Shown: in pieces, positions 25,969 through 39,372 of the stretch | How positions within the stretch are numbered: the first letter of the stretch is position 1 | Layout: each line of letters begins with the position of its first letter | Source: Octopus vulgaris | Lineage: Eukaryota | Direction of reading: 5' to 3' | NCBI GenBank assembly: GCA_951406725.2 | Contig: OX597821.1 | Location: forward strand, 48,608,001 to 48,672,000 | DNA length: 64,000 nt | Position numbers and translations under genes: made by a program | The notes under the pieces: generated by a model | Seen by the model: the letters and a program-made list of their open reading frames with translations, nothing else | What the model was told of the DNA's origin: nothing | The model's database searches: none

Positions 25969-26379
25969 TATATTGTTACTACTGCTGGTATTGTTGAACT
26001 TGTTACTATTATTTGTTGAACTGTTCTATTTCTTGGTTACGGGAGATAGAAATCGTTACATATTTCCTGTGTCCATTGTGACATTGTATATATTTTTCGT
26101 TTAAAAAAATTGAACTATTTTAAAGTCTTTGCAGACTGAACTGTTTTAAACTGTGTCGTACTATTTTGAACTGTTGACCTCTTCTTGAGGAGAATTTAAA
26201 TTATTTTATTCTTGTGCTTTCTCTGTTCCTTAGTTATGAATTTCGGCCAAGTATGTCGGTTGAAATTATCAGAGAAAAGTGCACTCTCGAAGAGAGTAAT
26301 GTTGATGTTGGCAGTAGTGCCAACACTGTGAAGACATTTTCGGCGGGAATTACAGGCAGTGTATTTTGCTGTCAAGCAT

Positions 26380-27800
26380 TTTTGACACATGCTGGAAGGT
26401 CATGTTTTCTCCATTTATGCCTTCAACGCCAAGCCTGGTCATCACTCACCCATAGAAGTCCGACATCTAGATTTCATATCACAGCACACAACAAACATTC
26501 GCCACATCAAGGGTGCAAACAACTCTGTGTGCATGGAATTTAACGCTATCCACACCACTGCTACCATTGATCTCCAGCAGATTGCAGTTGATCAACAAGA
26601 TGAAGAACTGTTACAGCTCCGGAATTCGTCATCTTTGAAATTTCAGTAATCACTGATACCCTCTGCTACAGGCTATATTTGGTGCGACACCTCTACCAGA
26701 CATGAACGTCCGTACATACCGCAGAAGCATAGACATGTCTTTTTCTCTGCTTTGCATTCCCTAGCTGATATCGACCTGTTTCGTGTGGCCCAACATCAAC
26801 AAGGACACTCGTGATTGGGCTAGGATCTGCGTCGCGTACCTAAAAGCAAAGGTCCACCGACACATTTAATCTCCCATTGGTTCATTTGCAACTCCAGATG
26901 CAAGTTTTCAACACGTGCATGTTAACATCGTTGGATCCTTGCCTCCTTTTAACAACTGCACTCACCTGCTCACCTATGTTGACAGATTTTCTCGCTGGCT
27001 GGAAGCTTTTCTCCTATCGAACACTTCCACGGAAACTGTCGCCAAAACGCTAGTGTTTTACTGGGTTTCGTGACGATCACCAGCGAAAGAGGACGTCAGT
27101 TTGATTCTCACCTTTTCACCGAGCTGACTCATCTCCTCGGGTGTAAACACACTCGCACAACATCGTTTAACCCCACAGCAAATGGCATGGTCAAATGCTT
27201 TCACAGCCGACTCAAGGCGGCTATAAAAGCTTATCCAGACTGCTGCAACTGGTTGGAATATCTTCCACTCATCCTCCTTGGTATTCAATCCACGGTTAAG
27301 GAGAGAGTTGGACATACTCCTGCTGAACTGGTTTACGGCACAGCACTCGCCTTACCTGAACAGGTGATCGACCCTGTTTCACCATAAAACTTTCCGGACC
27401 CAGCAAAATATGTCCGCCGCTTACGGACATCTATGTTACATTTGTCCCCTGCAGGCCCCAGACAACAGAACGTTGCTTCACATGTCCGAAAGGACATTAA
27501 TACTTGGACGTATGTTTTCGTTAAAAATGATGGAATACTCTCTCAACTTCGGCCACCATATTCCGGGCCATACAAAGTAATAAAAAAAACAAAGTATTTC
27601 GTTCTCGATTTTGGAGGAAAACGAAATACTGTCTCAGTCGATCGCTTAAGAAAAAGTATTCGCCCTTCCTCAAACGGACTCGACAACTTCAGTTACACCC
27701 ATCGCAAACACCTTACATTCTGCACAACCCCGGCACACCAAATCGGAGAGAACAGTTCGATGGCCCGCAAGATTTGTTCAAGTCTTCCGAGTAAGTACAA
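26380..27800 (+). mobile_element. Gypsy LTR retrotransposon pol remnant (RNase H end, integrase, GPY/F)
   Basis: RHLDFISQHTTNIRHIKGANNSV; ITSERGRQFDSHLF...TTSFNPTANGMVKCFH; LRPPYSGPYKV; multiple stops and frameshifts. Confidence 0.9.
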
Positions 27801-28526
27801 ACTCTTCACCAACCCATCATTTCAATGGAAATGTCCACAATGTCCACATCAACAAATAAAAACAATTTTTTTATGACTATGAACAGTTTACACATACATA
27901 ACCAAAGTGACTCTGCATCACCTACATACAAATCAAAACAAAGCAAAGAAAATTTTGTATAAAAAAACATTTTTCTATATCAGCGAAAAACATTTTTTTT
28001 TTATGAACATTGTTCTGCTAGTTGAACTGACTGAACATTTAACCAACGAACTTTTTGCATAACCATTTTCATTTCTCTGTACATATGTTTTGCTTTGTTT
28101 TGAAAATATTTTGCTCTCTATATCACACCTGTATGCTTACACACACCTGCACAACTCATATTTTCATGTGTGCTATCACTTGCTCTCCGTGCCACTGAAA
28201 GACAACTTACCTCTATTAGACCTTTAATGGGTCATGTAATCAATAGAGTTGCCAATCTCTTTCAACAAACAGCATATTACATTTATGCTTCTGCCTAGGC
28301 ATATACATATTGCCTAACATATTTTGCATACACCAACACTGAACGTTAATTTTTTTGCTCTACATTTTTTTTTTCATTTCTTTCGCTTCATATATTTTTG
28401 ACATGTATTCATTTGTAAATGACACTGTACCCATTTTTCTGCATTACACACAAAATCACACATTTTCAATATCACACGCATCTGTATCGTTCAATCTCTG
28501 AGGCTTCCTCACTAGAAGGTGAGTAG

Positions 28527-29250
28527 TGTAAAAACTAACACTTCCTCTTTCCGAGCTGAGATTAGAAAACGGATCTAGAGATTCTCGCTCGTCTGATCCA
28601 CCACTGGCCAAACAGGAGCGTGAAAAAATTCTATGTCCTGTCAAAAAATGATGGATAGATTTCTCTCCGACCACCGATCTGAGCTGTGTCATTAAAGGTT
28701 GACGTGGACAGGAGGCGACCTACATAGGTAGAAAATTCTCCCGTACTATGTCATTCCTTCTAGCCGGGATGACCATTATAAATATAATCACAGACATGAC
28801 AGATAATCAGAGATAGCCATCAACAGGCAAACAGTCAAGAGACAAGAGACAGCCAGCAAGAGGCAAATGGTCGACAGGCAGCAGTTAACTTGCACCAGTC
28901 AAGCAGCCAACACAGAACCACATATTCAGCATGAATGACCAAACACAGTAGCAGAACATAAATAGACACAACTGAATGACCAACGCACACACAGACACAA
29001 AACAGACCCGGTTCTACCTCATCACATTGACACAGTATTTCTCCTGTTTATTTTTTACTTCGCCAACTCAAAGCAAGTTGGTAATGTCATATAGTGGATT
29101 TCCTTGTGTATACAACACGTAGATGCAAGTGTCGATTAAATAAATTATTTAAACCACAATCCGATGCTGTCCCAGTTTTACTTTGATGTCATCCACATGC
29201 CTATTTCATCTGCTACCTCAACAACATCCTTTGCTACTCATCCTGCTACA
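28527..29250 (+). mobile_element. Probable 3' LTR of the Gypsy element
   Basis: Purine-rich agaaggtgagtag immediately precedes TGTA; the segment ends in TACA; it lies downstream of the integrase. No second LTR in the window to confirm. Confidence 0.55.
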
Positions 29251-29682
29251 GGAAGAAAATGATCAAACTTTAAACCTCAATAACTTTTTAAAAACATTTT
29301 TCTGGAAAAAATGAAATAACTCCAGCAATTCAGTTTGGGCAAGCGTATTACTGTGCCAAATTTTAAAATTTTTGGTAAACTTTAATTTTTGAAATGCTGG
29401 CAGATGATAATATTGGACAGCAGTAGTAACAATATTTGCTACACTAGAACAAACCAAATCTAGCTGCCACACTGATGATGTGATGATGGCTGTCCCCTAG
29501 TAATCAAAGAAGCCCATCATTGACCATTAAGAACATTATGCACTCAAATTTATACTTTATATGTGTGGCTCTGCTGATGACAAATGAGCTCAGCTCTTGA
29601 CAAACAGACACATCTGTAGATATTGCAGACCAAGTTTCCCTCATTCACTACGCACACACACATATGCATGCATGCATACATA

Positions 29683-30030
29683 CATCATCATCGTTTAACG
29701 TCCGCTTTCCATGCTAGCATGGGTTGGACGGTTCAACTGGGGTCTGGGAAGCCCGAAGCCTGCACCAGGCCAGTCAGATCTGGTGGTGTTTCTACAGCTG
29801 GATGCCCTTCCTAACGCCAACCACTCCGTGAGTGTAGTGGGTGCTTTTTATGTGCCACCAACACAGGTGCCAGACGAGGCTGGCGAACGGCCACGCACGG
29901 ATGGTGCTTTTAACGTGCCACCGGCACGGAGGCCAGGCGAGGCTGGCACGGCCACGATCAGATGGTGTTTGTTACATGCCACCAGCACGGAGATCAGTCG
30001 ATGCGGTGCTGGCTACGGCCACGTTCGGAT
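29683..30030 (-). mobile_element. SINE-like family D 3' part with (GAT)n tail and internal ~60-bp repeats
   Basis: catcatcatcgtttaacgtccgctttccatgctagcatgggttggacgg...ctggatgcccttcctaacgccaacc; second copy at 39652-40170. Confidence 0.75.
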
Positions 30031-31452
30031 GGTTCTCTTATACATATAAACATATACATTCATGGTGATTGTTCCATCTTCACAGATGGTTTCTGTCTCC
30101 TTGTCCTTCCTCATTGTCACCCTGTTGCAAATCTGCATGGTTTGAATCAAAGGTGACAGACAGAAGTTGTTATTTACTGTGGTACTTCCAACTGGTTAAG
30201 TCTGCATAGGCCACCACTCTTCTATCACCATAGGACTTTTAGTAGATAAAACGACAAATGAGGTTACCATAAAGAGACATCTGTATGTCATTGGATTGCG
30301 AATGCAAGTACAACTTGAGTACCACTTACTGAGTGTCCATGAGTATTACCTAGTGACAGGCCAAAGTGAGATGACTGGTAAGCATGTGAAACTACAGAAT
30401 TTGTATCAGTGTCCCTCTCCTAGAAAGTTACTGTGACAATGGCAAGGGTTCCCTCATTCATATTGGTTTCATTGTATGCCCTGACACCAACCAAGAGTAT
30501 TATATATGAAGTGACATATATATATAGGTAACAAATGTGGCCTGTGTTTTAATTTGTATTATATTTGCTTTTTCCCGTTTAACAAAGCTTTGCACATACC
30601 CGCTTAATGTACCCTCAATCAATTAGTTGCTTATGTGGAACTTGGGTTTCACCTTCTCACCCTTTCACCCTCGTGCAATTACAGTTTCCAACTTGAGTAG
30701 CTTAATCACTGACAGCTAACAAAATAAAGTAAACCTCTAACCTACCATTACTGGCCTCCTTGAGATTTTATTGTCATTGCCGTAGTGACAACCCTATATC
30801 ATCAGGCATATTTATTTGTATATTTGTTTTAGATAGCAATTACTGAATGATAAAGATGTTAGTTATATGTTTCTAACATACCAGTCACTGGTTCACTGAT
30901 ATTTATGATAGCAATGCTGATAAGGAAATGTTCATACAGTAAAAAATATCTCAAGAAACTCTTTATAAGGCACCTATTATTTTTTTTTTTACCCTTTACT
31001 GATATGCATAAGCAAAAAGGCACAGACATACATGCACAGCATTAAATCGTTTTTTAAGCATTTCATTTTACTTTTGTTAATTTGTTAAAACTCGCCATCG
31101 AGAATAATGACAAGTGTGAGCAAACACTTGTTTCATCTAAATTTAGATTAGTTTTGTTTAAATGAGATACTCACCAACAAAGATAAAGTTTGATTTTATT
31201 TGAAAATCAATTTTTGTAAAAAATGCTTCCAACTCTTTGGAGTCAAACATATTCCTGAGATTAAGAAACAAAACTAAAGTTTTTCATTCTTCCTTTTCTT
31301 CATTAAAGAATAAATGGAAAACAAATTCTTTTTGAAAAAACAAACCCCAAATCATCTTTTTTATCCTGTTTGTCAGAACAAGAATATAGTGATGATATAA
31401 AATGAAAGACCATAAAACAAAACCATTCTGAGTTAGTAAAGTCAATAAGAGG

Positions 31453-31952
31453 TCAAGGTTTTTCTCCCAGACTTAGTCTTCTATTAATATCATCAACTAC
31501 TTTTGGTAAATCTGCAACAGAATCTATAACATAGTGTGCCCCACTGTTACGTAGGATAGTTCGTGAATGTTCCAAACGCTGTTCAAGAGCCTCTTCAGTG
31601 AGTTCTGCCTCTTGTTCAAGACTGTCAATGTTCATATAGTTACTGTATTTGCTCACACCAATACCCCAACAACCAGCCTCAAGTGCTTCAACAACACCTG
31701 AAGCTGTATCATCAACTTTTATCACAGATTCAATAGGATGAATATCTAAAAGATCCATATTACGATAAATCATAAATGGTTTGGGACGGCATCCATTGAT
31801 CACTTCATCGCCAGCCACTGTAACATCTGGTGTGAAACCTTGTTTTGCTACATCTGCCAAAACAACATCCACCATAGAACGTACATAACCAGTCGTACTA
31901 CCAATCTTAATATTGAAGTCTTTCCGAAGTTTTTGCATTGTCTCTGCAGTTC
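31453..31952 (-). CDS. phnX: Phosphonoacetaldehyde hydrolase (phosphonatase, HAD superfamily), last coding exon
   Basis: Acceptor tttctttcttgcacag|GA; encodes KIGSTTGY, GCRPKPFM, IKVDDTASG and GAHYVIDSVADL; ends in TGA; phase 1 matches the upstream donor. Confidence 0.93.
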
Positions 31953-33761
31953 CTGTGCAAGAAAGAAATTACTAATTGATATGGGTTATTATCAACATTA
32001 TTATAATCTTAAACATTATCATAAACATTATCATCTACATCATCAACATAATCTCCATCATTCCAACTATCATCAAGTCACATTATCAACATTATCTCGA
32101 TCATTATAATTATTATTGTTCCCATAACATTTCCACCATCAACACCACCAACAACACCATTTTCAGTATTATAATTACTACCAAAATAATCCTTATCAAT
32201 GTTGCCATTATTTATTTGGATATTATCACAAGAATCTCTACCATTGCCATATTTACTACCAACATCACTATAATTACTATTATTAGTATAATCACCATCA
32301 TTATTGTAATCACCTATAATAATGAGTGTCCGTTGTGCCCACTCTTAATGTCTTACTAAATATTAAAAGAATTAAACTAAAATATTTAGTTTAATTTTAA
32401 TCCTTTCAATAATATTTTCATCTCAAACCTGTTCATGATAAATTTTGTATTCCATACTTCAAGAACAAACAAATACAAATACCAGTTATATCATAAGGTG
32501 ATCTTTGCAATGATTATTGCCATTAATAACTACAACACTCATGTGTGAGATTGTTACACATAAATAGCTAATGAGTAGGCAAATCAACTTCCATGTTGTG
32601 ATATTTTGTAGGATTCAGCAAGGCTGGTTGTTATAAAGACTATGAGATAGCATAAAGCCAAACCTTGACAGAAACATCAGCTTGGATCCCCATAACAAGT
32701 ATGGATACTTGGCAATTTTTCTGACAACTTCTACAACCAAAGTAGACCAGTTATAATACCTGCATTTTCTTCTGTTCTGGTTTTCCCTTGCATCAAGATC
32801 TACTCAGATTCTTCTTTGTTTCCTTCCTATCACTCTTTCTTTTCTCACCATGGAGAAGGTACTCCGCCATTATAGAATAAAAACACGTGCAAGACAACAG
32901 TTACGCACTACAAGTCCTGTCTGAATTGTTATAAAGTAGGTTGCCATATGCTATTTCTATGGGCAAGTTCCAGCCAATGATGTCAAATCTGAAATAGTCT
33001 GGCAGCTGCTTTGGACATAAGGACCCTAAAGTGTTTGAGTTTGACAAATGGACAATAAAATAGTGTACCAAACATTACATGCAAAAATTCAAATAAGTTT
33101 CCAGCTATTTCAGGAAGCTGAAATGTTAGAACAATTATTGTCCAGTGATCTGAAACTAATCAATGACAGACACAAAATAGTTGTTATTGATGCTGAACTT
33201 GCATGAATGTAAGAAGTTATGTATGGGTTCAAAGTTCAGCAAAAGCTATCAAATGACTGAGATTTAGGAATAATTTTTCAGCATCATGGAGACATATAGA
33301 GAGTAATGATGCATGGACAGGTCATGGAAATCTTCATTCTAGAGGCCTGGTTCAAATTGCAACAAATGGAACAATTACCACAAAGAAAGCAGTGGCAATT
33401 AGAATTATTACAGAAAAGTACCTTACCAAATTTAGTTACCATCTTCTACACTCTGAGTTGAAATAAAGCTATGGTGAGCTGCTCTATGTTTCAGTTTTCT
33501 GTGGTCAACAAAATTTAGAGCAGACAAGTACTAGGGATGTCTTAATTAGTACTCTTCCTACAAATTGGTGCTACTGATAGAAATCCTTATTATCACAATG
33601 ATTGAAATCTTAGATTGACTATCTAAATGTATAATAACATTTAGTTGCCTCTTTATATATTCTGAATTCAAATCCTGCTGGAGTCTACTTTGTATTACAT
33701 TCCACAGAGATTCAACCACATACTGAAGTCAATATAATCCACTGAGATGAAATATATTACC

Positions 33762-34063
33762 GTGAAGGCACATGGCCTAGTGGTTAGAGCAGTGGACTCA
33801 CGGTCGAGAGATCGCGGGTTCGAATCTTAGACCAGGCGATGTGTGTGTTTATGAGCGAAAACACCTAAGCTCCACGCGGCTCCGGCAGAAGGTAATGGCA
33901 AACTTCTGCTGACTCTTTCACCACAACTTTCTCTCACTCTTTTCTCCTGCATCTTGCAGCTCACCTGTGATGGACCAGCGTCCCGTTCAGGTGGGGAACC
34001 TATACGCCAAGAAACCAGGAAACTGGCCCTTATGAGCCAGGCATGGCTCGAGAAGGAACAAAC
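33762..34063 (+). mobile_element. Full-length tRNA-derived SINE (family E) with a perfect 12-bp TSD
   Basis: A-box TGGCCTAGTGG, B-box GGTTCGAATC; cctgtgatggaccagcgtcccgttcagg recalls V/Meta-SINE domains; TSD aaatatattacc at 33750-33761 and 34064-34075. Confidence 0.9.
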
Positions 34064-34145
34064 AAATATATTACCATTATTTAATAATAACTACCTTTGA
34101 AATCATTATACCAAATGACCAGAAGCTAACATGGATTAAGGTCAA

Positions 34146-34541
34146 ACTCTTTTACTTGTTTCAGTCATTTGACTGTAGCCATGCTGGAGCACCACCTTTA
34201 GTCAAGCAAATCAACCACAGGACTTATTCTTTGTAAGTCTAGTACTTATTCTATCGGTCTCTTTTGCTGAACCACTAAGTTACGAGGACATAAACACACC
34301 AGTATCGGTTGTCAAGCGATGTTGGGGGGAACAAACACAGACACACAAACATATACACACACATATATACATATATACGAGGGGCTTCTTTCAGTTTCTG
34401 TCTACCAAATCCATTTACAAGGCTTTGGTCAGCCTGAGGCTACGGTAGAAGACACTTGCCCAAGGTACCACACACTGGGACTGAACTCGGAACCATGTGG
34501 TTTGTAAGCAAGCTACTTACCACACAGCCACTGCTATGCCT
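34146..34541 (-). mobile_element. SINE family A copy (intronic)
   Basis: Similar to 4571-4981. Confidence 0.9.
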
Positions 34542-34552
34542 ACGTTTAGTAC

Positions 34553-34699
34553 AGCAGGGTTCACCACCATCCCCCGCCGGAGCTTTGTGGAGCTTTAGGT
34601 GTTTTCACTCAATAAACACTCACAACGCCCGGTCTGGGAATTGAAACCACGATCCTATGACTGTGAGTCCGCTGCCCTAACCACTGGGCCATTGCACCT
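34553..34699 (-). mobile_element. SINE related to family E, 5' part
   Basis: Minus strand tggcccagtggttagggcagcggactcac...aaaacacctaaagctccac resembles the head at 33762. Confidence 0.75.
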
Positions 34700-35061
34700 G
34701 AAAGGTTGCAATCATTTCGCATCACCCTTTCAATTGGATAACCAACAAGACGCCACGTCTTCACTGGCTTCTTAACCTCAAAGGGGGTTTTTTTCAGCTA
34801 AGAGGTTTACAGTCACAGATACATTTAAAAAAGATACTTGCACTGTGAGATGATGTAAATGTTGGTAGTTCTAACATACAACCCAGTCTTTGGGAAGCAG
34901 ACTTAACACAATCACCTGGTCATCGAGAGAGAGACTTAACATCTTGTCTAATACCATCACTTGGTAATTGAGAGGAGTTAATATACCAGCTTGGAGGAGG
35001 TGACAGTTGAGAATCTAAGGTGTCATTCAATGTAAAAGATGAGAGCTTGATCCACACTTAC

Positions 35062-35404
35062 CTGGAAGTAACTGGCTATACTTGGAAAGAACTGAGAGTT
35101 GTAAGGGTACGAAATCATGATACATTTTATCAACATCTGATTGGTCAGGAAATCTTCCATGTACCTCCTTCCATCTTTGTCTGACATCAACATTTTCTGT
35201 TAATGCTTTGATGTGTGCATCCTTCCGTAAACCCATCGGCACTCGAGCCTCAGTCATTGATACAGAGACCCCATGTTTCTTGAAGACATCAACAAATGCA
35301 ACAGCTGGTGCCATTACATAACGGTCAACTGTTGTGCCAGACCAGTCCAGTATAATAGCTTTCACAGCACCAGTGTACTGCCGTATATATCTATAACTGT
35401 TCAT
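35062..35404 (-). CDS. phnX: Phosphonoacetaldehyde hydrolase, first recognisable coding exon (exon begins at 35409)
   Basis: KAIILDWSGTTVD (HAD motif I); EARVPMGLRKDAH (cap-domain Schiff-base Lys loop); acceptor (t)n-cag|aaattATG; donor G|gtaagt. Confidence 0.93.
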
Positions 35405-36112
35405 AATTTCTGAAAAAAAAAAAAAAAAACTACAGAATTAGAATCATGATACCATTTGCACAAATGTGTGAGAGTGAGTATATGTATACATGTATGTATG
35501 TGTGTGTGTGTATGTGTGTGCATGCATGTGTGTTTATATAAATGTGACTACATGTGTATATGTGTGTAAATGTAACTGTGTATATGTATGCATGTGTGTA
35601 AGTATAACTGTGAGTGTATAAATGTGACTATAAATGCATATGCAAGCCCATTATAGATTTTTAGCATTTAATAAACTTTTTATAACAGTACAAGTAACAC
35701 AATATAATTTCTACTTGAAAGGACTAACACACTACCACAAATTCAGATAGGATGGCTAAGGAAGATAAAATTGTTAATTGTGTTACAAGTGTTTTGATAA
35801 GTTATCAAGTGTACTTATGTATAAAAGCAGATACCTCCTATCATGTTTAGCTCTCAGGTGGCACTAAGTTCATTTTCTTTTTATCATTTAGTACAATCAT
35901 CTTATAAAGACAACATATTAATCAGTTGGTAGATATTCTGGAAGAATAACTTGAAGATGAAACTTGCGCATCAGATTCTGACCCCTGAGAGTGACAGCGA
36001 ACTTAATGACAGCGATTTCCTTGTGAGAGGGGGGGGCGGTCAGACAGTAATACTGAAAGTGATGGTGTTGATTATTAATCAGAGACTTGAAATGACTCAT
36101 GGTTCATGAATA

Positions 36113-36339
36113 ATCTTTATCTTTTATCTTTTACTTGTTTCAGTCATTTGACTGCGGCCATGCTGGAGTACCGCATTTTAGTCGAGTAAATTGACCCCGG
36201 GACTTATTCTTTGTAAGCCCAGTACTTAGTCTATCGGTCTTTTTTGCCGAACCGCTAAGTGACGGGGACGTAAACACACCAGCATCGGTTGTCAAGCAAT
36301 GCTAGGGGGACAAACACAGACACACAAACATATGCACAC

Positions 36340-36398
<59 letters not shown>

Positions 36399-36564
36399 TA
36401 CGACAGGCTTCTTTCGGTTTCCGTCTACCAAATCCACTCACAAGGCATTGGTCAACCCAAGGCTATAGCAGAAGACACTTGCCCAAGATGCCACGCAGGG
36501 GGACTGAACCCGAAACCATGTGGTTGGTAAGCAAGCTACTTACCACACAGCCACTCCTGCGCCT
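36113..36564 (-). mobile_element. SINE family A copy
   Basis: Similar to 4571-4981. Confidence 0.92.
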
Positions 36565-36773
36565 ATTGTTTTCCTCTTTGACAATTATGTGGTGTATGTG
36601 GATGGGACAAAGTCCAATGCGTTACAAAGTTAATGAAACTGAGGACAGACATAACTGTCGTGAAAATAAGATACAACCAGGTAAGAATTAGGATGAATGC
36701 TTAATGGAAATCTGTTGATTCAAATTGTAATGATCTGAAGGATGCTCAGCTGAGATTTCTAACTCAACTTTAA

Positions 36774-36993
36774 CCCTTTCATTACCAACCTGGCTGAAAC
36801 CGGCTCTGGCTCTGTAGTACAAATGTCTTGTTTTCATAAGTTTTCAATTAAAATCTTCCACCAAACATTAGTCACAATTTATGTTGCTAACACTAGCTGA
36901 ATGATAACAAAGTTATTTTACTAAAGTATTTGTTATATTTAAAGTAATTAAAGAAACACAGAGCATCTCAAAATAAATACAGTAACAAAAGGG
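36774..36993. mobile_element. piggyBac-type MITE
   Basis: TTAA|ccctttcattac ... gtaacaaaaggg|TTAA. Confidence 0.85.
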
Positions 36994-37814
36994 TTAAAGC
37001 AAACTCATACATCCATTGTTTTAATTCTGTGTATATACCAACCAGGATGGAAGGTAACTGCTGCAACACTTGAAATGGATCTTGTTTAAACTTGAGAGAT
37101 ATACAATATTATACAAGCTGGTATTTGTTTCAATATCAAAATTATATGGTGTATTTCATAACGACCATGTATAACAAACTGCTATGGTGAAGGGTCAACT
37201 TTTGTTTACTTTTCACTTCAACAACCTCTTTAATGAAAATATTTGCTTAATTTGATGTTTCATTTTATAGATTAACTCAAATATCATCTTCTGTGGTCAT
37301 TTGCAATGATTCGAAGAAAGATTCCTAAGTACCATTTGCTAGATTTTTGCCTTACTTCTATTCAACACATTCAGCAATACATAAAAAACAGTATGTAAGA
37401 GTGCAGAATCATCTCGCATCCCATGGAGTAAACACAACTTCTTTTCAATTTCTTTTTACTTCTGGTATTAAAAAGCACATGTAAACCTTCGTTTTGATTA
37501 ATTTTCAATACAAAAAAAATGTATTTTCTTGGTGATAAATAAAACCTGTGAATGTGAGACATAATAAGTAAAGGTCAAAGTTTGTGATCTTTTTAGACCA
37601 GGGCCAGATTTATGGGGGTGCCAAAGGTGCAATAGCTTGGGTTCCCCTGGACAATGGTCCCTCCCTTTAATATTGAGAGAGCTCCTTTCTATGAAAGATA
37701 TGGTGCAATCAGTACAAGGAGCCCTCTCCACTTCCCAGCAATCTTGCATGTAGAGCTACCTTTCAAATTACAAAGATCTGTACTGCTTAAAAAAATGTAA
37801 AGGATTCTCTTTAA

Positions 37815-38887
37815 CCCTTTCGTTACTATATTTCTGACCAAATTACACCCCTTATATGTTTCAATTAATTTCTAACGTAATCATAAATTTAGTCTGGTTT
37901 CATTAAACAACTATAACTTGTTTATTTATCGATATATTAATCTGATTTTTGGAAGATAATTTAATGAAATATTCTCAACCAATTCTATACTATAATTTTT
38001 GTCACAAAGTGACTCTAATTGCAGGTAGATACAGGTAAATTCAACAAAATATAAAATTATTAAAATTTTGTTCAAACATCGCTATAGAAAATGGGTTATA
38101 CAATTGGGTATACAACAAAATTTTACTATAGAATTTGTTATTCTGGGTAACTTTCTGATACCCATAATAATATTTATGGCAAAATAGTCTTAATTTCATT
38201 TAAGGTTGTGGGAAACCACAAACTATCGTTTCTTTCGCTTTGTTTACGTTTAGTGTAACGGTTCGTTCCCGCCATAATGATTTCAAATAGGCTCATTTGA
38301 AAAAGTAAAAAGAAATAGTCTAAGGCTTTACTCTTCTGGGAAAGTCTGTGACTTGGTCCAGTTTCTTCAGAAAAATCACCGAAAGAAATAGTTTTTAAAT
38401 GTTCACTCCATTCGGGTGCCAATTCATTTTCTCTATCGCTGTCGATTTCGGATTCACAGTTTTCACTTTCGGAAAAGGAAACATCAGATTCATTATCAAA
38501 TACCACATGCTTTTTTTTTTCAGTCATAGAGTTAGATTTATGAAGGTCTTCAGTAGAAAATCCTTCGAATTCTGACTCGCTGCTTGATATAATGAAATTC
38601 GTATCCATTTTTTGTCAGAATTACAAATTTTGAAAACACAATAGGAACAAATTTCGGAAAAAAATCTCCCAAAATTCACGGAATTAAAATTACACTTCGA
38701 TTATTGTACAAAACTGTAGTTGAACTCTTTACGAAGTATAATACGTGTTTTCACGAATGTACTAAAGAGATTTGCTCTGATATTCTCATTTAAATATGAA
38801 TAGGTAAATTTGGGCTGCTTTGGGCAGTTTGGTCTCATTAACCAAAATTTTTTTCGGGCGGCTTTGGGCGGTTTGGTAACGAAAGGG
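37815..38887 (-). mobile_element. Internally deleted piggyBac element retaining the transposase N-terminus (38174-38608)
   Basis: TTAA|ccctttcgttac ... gtaacgaaaggg|TTAA; acidic N-terminus followed by ALDYFFLLF...TNRY...WFPTTLNEIK. Confidence 0.9.
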
Positions 38888-39170
38888 TTAATGATAAATG
38901 ACTAAAGATTTTCTCCACTTTAGTGACAACAGTTCATAGAATTAAAAGAAAGCAAAAGTAAAGCAGATTTTTCTACTTTAGCTACACCAGTCTCTAAAAG
39001 CATGTGTATGTGTCCCCTAAAAAAGGCATGGTGCCAGTGAACCGACAAAGAAAAGTAAAAAACATGCATGTATGTATGAATGAATATGCATATGTATGAA
39101 TGTATGTGTGTATGTATATGTACATGTATGTGTGTGCGTTTGTGTGTGTGAATGTATATATAAAAAGAAT

Positions 39171-39327
39171 GGAGTGGCTGTGCAATAAGTAGTTTGCTTA
39201 CCAACCATATGGTTGCAGGTTCAATCCCACTATATGGCACCTCCAGCAAGTGTCTTCTACTATAGCCTTGGGTTGACCAACGCCTTGTGAGTGGATTTGG
39301 TAGACAGAAATTGAAAGAAGCCTGTCG

Positions 39328-39329
<2 letters not shown>
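39171..39329 (+). mobile_element. SINE family A, 5' half
   Basis: gagtggctgtgc...ggttcaatccc...gtggatttggtagac...aaagaagcctgtcgta. Confidence 0.85.

Positions 39330-39372
<43 letters not shown>

Larger units (their letters stand above)
31953..35061 (-). other. GT-AG spliceosomal intron of the phnX-like gene (3109 bp, phase 1)
   Basis: Donor CCAG|gtaagt and acceptor ttgcacag|; the join reads SQLLPG-TAETMQKLRK. Confidence 0.9.

Noticed and set aside
31976-32359. Ile-rich 127-aa ORF antisense to the phnX intron
   Set aside because: It is a decayed ATC/ATT/ACC trinucleotide low-complexity tract
31453-35404. phnX as bacterial contamination or an endosymbiont operon
   Set aside because: It is split by a 3.1-kb canonical spliceosomal intron containing host SINEs, has an upstream acceptor, and has no neighbouring bacterial genes
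37355-37545. Additional coding exon of phnX
   Set aside because: Splice-like sites are present, but the reading frames are short or stop-interrupted and show no recognisable homology
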